Shown here: positions 39,471 through 48,786 of the stretch, in pieces
Numbering within the stretch: position 1 is the first letter of the stretch
Layout: each line of letters opens with the position of its first letter
Assembly (NCBI GenBank): GCA_963840935.1
Contig: CAWJAS010000001.1
Coordinates: 256,875-320,874, forward strand
DNA: 64,000 nucleotides
DNA from: Candidatus Magasanikiibacteriota bacterium
Lineage (GTDB): Bacteria > Patescibacteriota > Patescibacteriia > Magasanikbacterales > GWA2-37-8
Reading direction: 5' to 3'
The notes under the pieces: model-generated
What the model was told of the DNA's origin: nothing
What the model saw: only the letters and a program-made list of their open reading frames with translations
Database searches by the model: none
Made by a program: the position numbers and the translations under genes

Positions 39471-40763
39471 ATGATTAATTTATCAAAAATTACCGATTAT
39501 TTAATTTTAATTTTTTTATTTTTGTTACCATGGCAAACGCGCTGGATTTATGGCGAAGCTTTGTTAAATGGCAGAGCATGGGAATATGGCACTTTGAGTT
39601 TTTACGGCACGGAAATTTTGCTGTGGTTAATTATTATTTTTACCGGCATAAAATTGTTTGGCAATAAGGAGTTTTGGCAACAAATAAAAAAACCATCTTG
39701 GTCGTGGCGTTTATTTGTTTTTGCCCTTGGCATGGCTATGATATTTTTTGGCTTGTATTCATACGCCGTGTCGCCGGTGAGGGAAGTGAGCGTGCAGTTT
39801 ATGAGCAGATTGATTGGGTCAATTTGCTTGATGTTTTGTTTAATAAAATCTGATTTGGGATTCAAAAAAATGGGTTTGGCATTTTGGGGCGGGGGAGTAT
39901 TGCAAGGACTTTTGGCAATTTGGCAATTTTTATCACAATCTGTTTTTTCCAGTAAATGGCTGGGGCTCGCGGGGCACAAAGCGTCAGACATCGGCGCTTC
40001 GGTTATTCAAACAGCTGATGAGCGATGGCTTCGCGCTTACGGCTCTTTTGGTTGGCCGAATTCATTGGGAATTTTTTTGGCTGTTATTTTTGTTTTGGGA
40101 ATATTGCTTACGCAAAAATTTGATAAAAAATATTTGCCGTTTTTTTTGGCCGGCCAAATGATTATTATCGCCGGTTTGATATTTTCTTTTTCAAGAGCGG
40201 CGTGGCTGTCGGCAATTATCGGTCTTGTTGGTTTATTAGCCATATCAATTTGGCAAAAAAATAATCAGATTATTACATTGATTTTGAAAAATGCCATAGC
40301 ATCTTTGTTGGTTGTGCTTACTTTGTCTGCTCTATTTCCAAATTTATTTTTGAGTCGCGTTCAAGCTTCCGGCTATTTGGAACAGTTGTCCATCAGCGAA
40401 AGAGTATCTCAATATGATACTGCCGGAAAAATTATTGCCGATAATTTTTTTATGGGAGTGGGGCCCGGGTTGTACACATATTATTTAGCGGAGAATTTTG
40501 ACCCAGTCGCCTATGGTCTTTATCAGCCGGTTCATAATGTTTACTTGCTTGCTTTGACGGAATTTGGCATTATTTGGTTTGTAATTTTTCTAATAGGATT
40601 AGTATTTCTGATCGCGCATTTGTATAAAAAAAATATTTTATTTTTGCCTTTAATTATCGTTTTGTTTTGTTTTGGTTTTTTTGATCATTATTTGTGGACG
40701 TTGTTTACCGGGCAAGCGATATTTTTTACGGTTTTTGGGCTTTCTTTGGCCAAAAACGATTAA
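39471..40763 (+). CDS. O-antigen ligase (Wzy_C) family membrane protein
   Basis: RAYGSFGWPNSLG, FSRAAW, GVGPG, PVHNVYLL..TEFG. Confidence 0.88.
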   Translation: MINLSKITDYLILIFLFLLPWQTRWIYGEALLNGRAWEYGTLSFYGTEILLWLIIIFTGIKLFGNKEFWQQIKKPSWSWRLFVFALGMAMIFFGLYSYAVSPVREVSVQFMSRLIGSICLMFCLIKSDLGFKKMGLAFWGGGVLQGLLAIWQFLSQSVFSSKWLGLAGHKASDIGASVIQTADERWLRAYGSFGWPNSLGIFLAVIFVLGILLTQKFDKKYLPFFLAGQMIIIAGLIFSFSRAAWLSAIIGLVGLLAISIWQKNNQIITLILKNAIASLLVVLTLSALFPNLFLSRVQASGYLEQLSISERVSQYDTAGKIIADNFFMGVGPGLYTYYLAENFDPVAYGLYQPVHNVYLLALTEFGIIWFVIFLIGLVFLIAHLYKKNILFLPLIIVLFCFGFFDHYLWTLFTGQAIFFTVFGLSLAKND

Positions 40764-40789
40764 TTAACCGGCTTGTCAAGGATGGGGTA

Positions 40790-40817
40790 TTGACAAGTTT
40801 TTTTATTAGGCTAAAAT
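40790..40817 (+). promoter_or_regulatory. groESL promoter
   Basis: TTGACA 40790-40795 and TAAAAT 40812-40817. Confidence 0.7.
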
Positions 40818-40826
40818 GTAATCAAA

Positions 40827-40853
40827 TTATCACTCCATTATCAAGAGTGATAA
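40827..40853. promoter_or_regulatory. CIRCE-like HrcA operator (variant)
   Basis: TTATCACTC-N9-GAGTGATAA versus canonical TTAGCACTC-N9-GAGTGCTAA, directly upstream of groES. Confidence 0.85.
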
Positions 40854-40862
40854 ATCGTTCAG

Positions 40863-40988
40863 TGTCATTGCGAGCCGCCAAAGGGGGCGCGGCAATCCCA
40901 TTGTTTTCAGAGCTATGTTGTTGGTTCAAAATACCGTGGGATCGCCACGTCGCTTCCTGCCTGCAGGCAGGCGCTCCTCGCGATGACA
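40863..40988. mobile_element. Palindromic element in the groES leader with nested CCTGCCTGCAGGCAGG palindrome
   Basis: TGTCATTGCGAG...CTCGCGATGACA termini as in leuS; inner GCGGCAATCCCA/TGGGATCGCCAC stem. Confidence 0.88.
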
Positions 40989-41011
40989 AATAATTTATTA
41001 ATTTTATATAT

Positions 41012-41317
41012 ATGAACATAAAACCATTAGGTGACCGAGTGTTGGTCAAGCCAACAAAAGAGGAAGAGGTGACCGCGTCCGGAATTGTTTTGCCGGATAC
41101 TGTGGATAAAGAAAAAAAGGCCGAAGGTGAGATTGTTGCTGTCGGTAATGGCGAATATATCACCAAGTTAGGATTGAAAGTCGGTGATAAAATTTTATAT
41201 AAAAAATGGGGAGGGGAAGACGTGAAGACAGGTCGCGGAAAAGATGACCCGGAATACAAAATTTTGTATGTGGGCCGTGAAGAAGATAAAAGCGATGTTG
41301 TGGCTGTGATAGAATAA
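41012..41317 (+). CDS. groES: Co-chaperonin GroES
   Basis: [30 protein letters not shown]. Confidence 0.95.
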   Translation: MNIKPLGDRVLVKPTKEEEVTASGIVLPDTVDKEKKAEGEIVAVGNGEYITKLGLKVGDKILYKKWGGEDVKTGRGKDDPEYKILYVGREEDKSDVVAVIE

Positions 41318-41341
41318 ATATTTAATCGCATAAAATTTTAA

Positions 41342-42985
<1,644 letters not shown>

Positions 42986-43012
42986 AGACGAATGTTAAAT
43001 GCTTAAAACTTT

Positions 43013-43039
43013 AAGCGCGCCTTGTCAGGCGCGCTTTTT
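43013..43039 (+). terminator. groEL terminator
   Basis: AAGCGCGCCT/AGGCGCGCTT stem plus T run. Confidence 0.9.
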
Positions 43040-43107
43040 GTTATCTTCCTTTTTCCTGGTAAATATACTATACTAAATATAGCGTTTTTCAAATCATAAT
43101 AATCAAT

Positions 43108-44949
43108 ATGAAAAAAATATTACTTTATGGCTCGGGAGCCATTTTAGCGTTTTTTTTGTTTTTTGTTTCGAGTACTCAAGTTTCCGCTGAAACAAAAACC
43201 AGAATACCTAGGACCGGTGAAAATATAGCTTCAGTGGGAACGATTGCCTGGACAAATCCGGATAATATTACTGGTAACGACGTCATATCTGCCGTTGCTT
43301 CATCTGTACCTGCCGGTGGCGGCATTACTAATTATTTGCAAGGTACTGATTTTAGATTTTCCAATGTACCCATTCCGGACGATGCCTTCATCCAAGGAAT
43401 AAGACTGCGCATCAAAAGGTTTTCGTCTTCTGACGGTACCGGCCAGCGCTTGAGAGATAGTGTTGTAAGTTTAATGAAAAATGGTATTATCGTTGGTGAT
43501 AATAAAGCGGTAACAAGTACAAATTGGCCGACCGATTTTGCGGTTAGAGCATATGGCGGAGAAAATGATTTGTGGGGCACAACTTGGACTCCCGCCGATA
43601 TAAATACTTCAACATTCGGAGCCGTACTATCCGCGGCCAATAATAACGGGTCTTTAGCTCGAACCGGAACTGTAGATTATTTTCAAGTAGTTGTTTATTA
43701 TTTTAGAACTTCGACTTTGGAAGTTGGAGACGCAACGGGAATATATGGCGGATCGGTCAATTTAACAGCTACTTTAACCCCGGCAGTTAGCGGACAAAGC
43801 ATTGTCTTTTCTCTTAATGGTACTGATGTGGGGACTTCAACAATAGACATAAATGGAGTAGCCATGTTGAGCGACGCCAGTTTAAGTGGTATTGACGTGG
43901 GCGCGTATCCCACCGGTGTTGGAGCGGTATTTGCCGGTGATGATTATTATGTTTCGAGCACTGCTTCAAATACATTAACTATTAGTGCCAAACCATTGAC
44001 TATTACTGCTCTAGATAAAAATAAATATGTCGGCGAAGTTGACCCGGTTTTAACATATACATCTTCTGATTCCTCGGCGTCTTTTTCTGGGTCTTTGACC
44101 AGAACTACCGGAGAAACATCGGGAACTTATGAAATTCAGCAAGGTACATTGGCAATTGTTGGCACAAATTATTTTATCAATAGCTTTGTACCGGCGTATT
44201 TAACCATCCAACATAAAGGCGGTTCAAGTTTACCGGATGGTTTTAATTTACCCCCGATAGCGCCCGTAGGCGGATTTAGCGTTCATCTTTCAGATAACAA
44301 ACAAACCACTTCAAATCGCATAGTAACTTTAAATCTATCTGGTGGCTCAGCTGTCAGAATGGCAATTTCTAATTTTTCAGATTTCAGATTTGCCGGTCAA
44401 ATTCCCTATAGTCCCATTATTAATTGGAATATTTGCGAAGGCAAAGAAAGCTGTGTGTGGGGTATAAACAAGATTTATGTTAAGTTTTTTACACAATATG
44501 GATATTCATCTGAAACATTAGTTTTTGAGGTAAATTATACGGGTCAAGATATAGAAAAAATTGAAGATTCGAACGAATTTTTTGTTGGAGGAGAATATAA
44601 CCAAGATGATATATTGGCTTTGATTAATAGTATTAAAATTGGCGAAAGAAATGAAAAAGTCAAACAACTGCAAACAATATTAAAGAATAAAGATTTTTTC
44701 CGGTATTCAACAGCCACAGGTTATTACGGTAATATTACCAAACAAGCGATTATTGATTATTTAATTAGTATTAAAAAAGACGGTCTGGGCTCTTTGGTAA
44801 AAATTATCAGATATGGCGAAAGAAGCGAAGCGATTAAATATGTTCAAACACAATTGAAAGAAATGGGGTTTTTTGAATATCCCACAATTACAGGTTTTTA
44901 TGGGGCTATTACACAAAAGGCCATTAATGATTATTTAGCAATTCAATAG
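43108..44949 (+). CDS. Secreted protein with Ig-like/MBG-like domains and two C-terminal peptidoglycan-binding-like repeats
   Basis: Signal peptide; LTITA.DK.K..GE.DP.LTY...R..GE..G.Y.I; two G.R...V..LQ..L....F...TG.YG.IT..A repeats. Confidence 0.7.
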   Translation: MKKILLYGSGAILAFFLFFVSSTQVSAETKTRIPRTGENIASVGTIAWTNPDNITGNDVISAVASSVPAGGGITNYLQGTDFRFSNVPIPDDAFIQGIRLRIKRFSSSDGTGQRLRDSVVSLMKNGIIVGDNKAVTSTNWPTDFAVRAYGGENDLWGTTWTPADINTSTFGAVLSAANNNGSLARTGTVDYFQVVVYYFRTSTLEVGDATGIYGGSVNLTATLTPAVSGQSIVFSLNGTDVGTSTIDINGVAMLSDASLSGIDVGAYPTGVGAVFAGDDYYVSSTASNTLTISAKPLTITALDKNKYVGEVDPVLTYTSSDSSASFSGSLTRTTGETSGTYEIQQGTLAIVGTNYFINSFVPAYLTIQHKGGSSLPDGFNLPPIAPVGGFSVHLSDNKQTTSNRIVTLNLSGGSAVRMAISNFSDFRFAGQIPYSPIINWNICEGKESCVWGINKIYVKFFTQYGYSSETLVFEVNYTGQDIEKIEDSNEFFVGGEYNQDDILALINSIKIGERNEKVKQLQTILKNKDFFRYSTATGYYGNITKQAIIDYLISIKKDGLGSLVKIIRYGERSEAIKYVQTQLKEMGFFEYPTITGFYGAITQKAINDYLAIQ

Positions 44950-44968
44950 ACGGATATTGTTAATTTTT

Positions 44969-45460
44969 ATGGTTTATTCTATAGCCCACTTTTTTATCTC
45001 ATTTCCGCCGGCAATCGCAACTGTTTTGATGGCGATGACCCCGGTCGGGGAATTGCGACTGGCTTTGCCTATAGCTATTTTAGTTTTCAAAATGCCAATT
45101 TGGCAAGTGATGCCCCTTGTTATTTTGGGGAATTTTATTCCCGCTTTTATAATTATGTTTTTTGCCAAGCGATTTCATGAATATATTGATAAAAAATCCG
45201 GAATTTTGTCGCGCGGATGGATAAAGGCATTGCATCGGGCGCAAGAAAAATTATCAGGCAAATATCAAAAATACGGTCTGATTGGTTTACTGCTTTTTGT
45301 GGGAATTCCTTTGCCATTTACCGGGGCTTGGACTGGCGCTTTAGGGGCATTTGTGTTTGGCATTCCTTTGCGCAAGGCCTGGCCGTTTATGCTTGGCGGT
45401 ATAATCATGTCATCAATTATCACATTATTCGTAACAGTTGGGGCTAATAGAATATTTTAA
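44969..45460 (+). CDS. Small multidrug export family (COG2426-like) membrane protein
   Basis: P.GELR.A.P and GL.LFVGIPLPFTGAWTG. Confidence 0.85.
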   Translation: MVYSIAHFFISFPPAIATVLMAMTPVGELRLALPIAILVFKMPIWQVMPLVILGNFIPAFIIMFFAKRFHEYIDKKSGILSRGWIKALHRAQEKLSGKYQKYGLIGLLLFVGIPLPFTGAWTGALGAFVFGIPLRKAWPFMLGGIIMSSIITLFVTVGANRIF

Positions 45461-45468
45461 TTTTTAAT

Positions 45469-45654
45469 ATGGAAAAATATAAACCGGAAATTAATTTTAA
45501 TCAAATTAATTCAATAGAAGGACAATTAGAAAAATTGCGTTCCGAATACGCCCGGGCAAAAAATGATCCCCGTCACAAAACAAGAGCGCAAGAATTGTTG
45601 CGAAAAATAAACCAGCTTGAAAAAGCAAAATATAATTCGCTTTATAAAAAATGA
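45469..45654 (+). CDS. Hypothetical 61 aa helical protein
   Basis: Fills the gap between genes; its stop overlaps the uvrB start (ATGA). Confidence 0.5.
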   Translation: MEKYKPEINFNQINSIEGQLEKLRSEYARAKNDPRHKTRAQELLRKINQLEKAKYNSLYKK

Positions 45655-47726
45655 AATTTAAATTACATTCAAAATACAAACCGGCTGGAGATCAGCCAAA
45701 GGCCATCGACCAATTGGTCGATGGTTTAAAAAAAGGGTTTGATAAACAAACTCTGCTTGGTGTTACCGGTTCGGGAAAAACATTTACCGTCGCCAATGTA
45801 ATTGAAAAATCGCAATTACCAACTTTGGTTATCGCGCACAACAAAACTTTGGCAGCGCAATTGTGTAATGAGTTCCGTGAATTTTTTCCGAATAATGCGG
45901 TTGAATATTTTGTTTCATATTATGATTATTATCAACCGGAAGCGTATTTGCCAGGGTCAGACACATACATAGAAAAAGAAGCAATGATCAACCAAGAAAT
46001 TGATCGCTTGCGCCATGCTTGCACGCAAGCGCTTTTAACTCGGCGCGATGTTATTATTGTCGCTTCGGTTTCCGCTATTTATGGATTAGGTTCGCCTAAA
46101 CAATATGAAAATATTGTTTTGCATTTAACCGTCCACCAAAAATTAAACCGCTCAAAACTCCTTAAACAATTGATTGATATGCAATTTGGGCGGACCAGTA
46201 CCGATTTAAAAAGAGGGGAGTTTCGCTTGCGCGGACAAGTTTTGGAAATTATGCCGGTCAACGAAGAAATGATTTATCGTCTTCAAGTGAACGAACAAAT
46301 TGAATCAATTGAAGCAATAGACCCGCTTACAAGAAAAATGAAGCGCGAACAAAATGATCTCTGGCTTTTTCCGTCAAAACATTACGTGGTCGGCGAAGAA
46401 GCAAAAGAAAATGCTTTCAAAGAAATACGCGATGAATTAAAAAAACAACTCAAGAATTTTGAAAAAGCTGGAAAAGTTTTGGAATATGAAAGATTAAAAC
46501 GCCGAACGAATTATGATTTGGAGATGATAAAAAATATCGGTTATTGCAATGGCATTGAAAATTATTCCAGGCATTTTGACGGGCGAGTGTCGGGTGAACC
46601 ACCATTTACTCTTCTTGATTATTTTGCTTATGGAAATAGTGATGGTTTTCTAACAATAATTGATGAATCACATGTGACCGTTCCGCAAATTCGTGGAATG
46701 TATTTTGGTGACAGGTCGCGCAAAGATACATTGGTTGAACATGGGTTCAGATTGCCAAGCGCTCGCGACAATCGCCCGCTTCAATTTGATGAATTTGAAT
46801 TGAGAACAAAAAATACCATATATATGTCTGCCACTCCGAGCGACTATGAAATTAAAGAAAGCGACCAAGTGGTTGAGCAGATTGTTCGGCCGACCGGTTT
46901 GATTGACCCGGAGGTTATTATTAGGCCGGTGACGGGAAAAGAAGGTGAAATTGTCGCAGGTGGATGATCTGTTGGTGAGAATTGATGAGCGGATTAAAAT
47001 CGGTGAGCGTGTTTTGGCAACAACTTTAACTAAAAAGATGGCAGAAGATCTGTCTGAATATTTGGAAAAGAAAGAAAATTAAAGTTAAATATTTACATAG
47101 CGACATAGATACGATTGAACGAATAGAAATTATTACTGATTTGCGTTTGGGTAAAATTGATGTGATTGTCGGCGTGAATTTGCTTCGCGAAGGTTTGGAT
47201 ATGCCGGAAGTTTCTTTGGTGGCGATTCTTGGACGCGGATAAAGAAGGATTTTTGCGCAATTCCACCTCTCTCATACAAACAATCGGCCGGGCGGCTCGA
47301 AATGTGAATGGGCAAGTTGTTTTGTATGCCGATGTAATTACCGGTTCAATTAAACAAGCCGTTCGAGAGACTGATAGACGGCGTAAAATACAAATTGAGT
47401 ACAACAAACAACATGGCATTACGCCAAAAACAATTGAAAAAAATATCAGAAATATTTTGGAGGAGTTTGGCCTATCTTCATCAAAAAACAAGAACACAAA
47501 AACATTAAAACAAAAACGCGACCGAACGATTGCGGAATTGGATACATTGGGAGACGGTAGGCCGACGGAGGAAATTATCAGAGACAAAGAAAAACAAATG
47601 CGTAAATCGGCGAAGAATTTACAATTCGAACTGGCGGCTATTTTGCGGGATGAAATACATGAATTGAGTAAAAAGTCAGATGTGTCATCGCGAGGAGGAG
47701 CAAAGCGACGACGTGGCAATCTATAA
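45651..47726 (+). CDS. uvrB: Excinuclease ABC subunit B with three apparent +1 frameshifts (~46952, ~47075, ~47231)
   Basis: [27 protein letters not shown]; [11 protein letters not shown] and [15 protein letters not shown] intact in shifted frames; QTIGRAARN. Confidence 0.93.
47683..47722. mobile_element. Half palindromic element forming the UvrB C-terminus
   Basis: TGTCATCGCGAGGA...GACGTGGCAATCT is the reverse complement of the right arm of the leuS/groES elements; reads [14 protein letters not shown] then stop. Confidence 0.8.
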
Positions 47727-47752
47727 TTTTTTGGGTATGAATGGTAGACAAT

Positions 47753-47784
47753 AAAAAAACGGACCGAGATAGAATCTCGGTCCG
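47753..47784 (-). terminator. Terminator of the 47815-48597 gene
   Basis: CGGACCGAGAT/ATCTCGGTCCG stem with T7 on the minus strand. Confidence 0.9.
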
Positions 47785-47814
47785 AGTGTTTATATGAATG
47801 AGCTTGCAAGGCTA

Positions 47815-48597
47815 CTAAACAGTAGGGTCTGGTTTGTTTGCGAACAGCTTGTTTTCTATGCGTCTATAGAGAAAATGAGCGAGTACGGCGCTTGTCGGCA
47901 TGAGTAGATAGAATGTCGCGCCAAAACCAACAGCACTCCACGTCGTTGGATTAGCTCCTGAAAAAATAACCGCTGTGATTATTAAATTTGGAAATATTGA
48001 AGACGCGATGATTGCAAAATAAATTTTTTTACTTTCTATTCCAATTATCACACCGAACATCACAATAACAAATGCCACGCCGATGAGTATCCAATTCACC
48101 GAACTTTCCTTTTTTTTAACTTCCGAAAAAGTCATTCCTCCGAACGCGTTTTTTTGCACGGTAAGTTCGGCGGAGACATCATTACTTATAAACCAATTAA
48201 ACGTCGTCTTACCTCTTTTCGGTAATTTTTTATCGTTATACGTGGAGACGATTGCTTCGCTTGGCGTGATGCCCCAGTTTTTGGTGAGGTCTTTCGGGAA
48301 TACAGCCTTTATCGTTTCGGTTTTTACGTTCGCGCGGTCAACGAATTGGAAGGTTCCGTCAGGCCGTTTTTCGAATCCGTATCCTAATTGCGATTCGAAA
48401 AAGCCTTCAGTTTTGATGGCCACGCACCACAAGCCGGTTTCACCCGGGCACGGAGCGGCGAATATGGCACGCTTGGGCAGGCTGTCGGTTTTGCCGTTTT
48501 CGGCTGTAGCCGCTCCCGCGAGCACCGTCACAAATAGAGCTACAAACATTATCATTGTCACGAATAGAACTACAAACATCATCTTTGCGTCTTTCAT
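47815..48597 (-). CDS. Hypothetical membrane protein (N-terminal TM/signal, three C-terminal TMs)
   Basis: 260 aa ORF with own -35 (48695-48690), SD-like AAAGGGA and terminator. Confidence 0.75.
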   Translation of the reverse strand: MKDAKMMFVVLFVTMIMFVALFVTVLAGAATAENGKTDSLPKRAIFAAPCPGETGLWCVAIKTEGFFESQLGYGFEKRPDGTFQFVDRANVKTETIKAVFPKDLTKNWGITPSEAIVSTYNDKKLPKRGKTTFNWFISNDVSAELTVQKNAFGGMTFSEVKKKESSVNWILIGVAFVIVMFGVIIGIESKKIYFAIIASSIFPNLIITAVIFSGANPTTWSAVGFGATFYLLMPTSAVLAHFLYRRIENKLFANKPDPTV

Positions 48598-48786
48598 CTT
48601 TCGTCCCTTTTGTTCTCCGGATCTAATCCGATTGAATTGTTATAGAACTGTTTCACTGACAGATTAAGTTAACATTAAAATTATGAAAATGTCAAGATTG
48701 ACACCGGGACTGCTCTGATCAGTGTATTATTCACTGACCCCCTAGTATCGCAAGATGCCGGGGCTTTTGGCTTTTTATTGAAACGC

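Noticed and set aside
41101-41109. DnaA box TGTGGATAA inside groES
   Set aside because: It lies in coding sequence (TVDK) and is isolated, so there is no oriC-like cluster.
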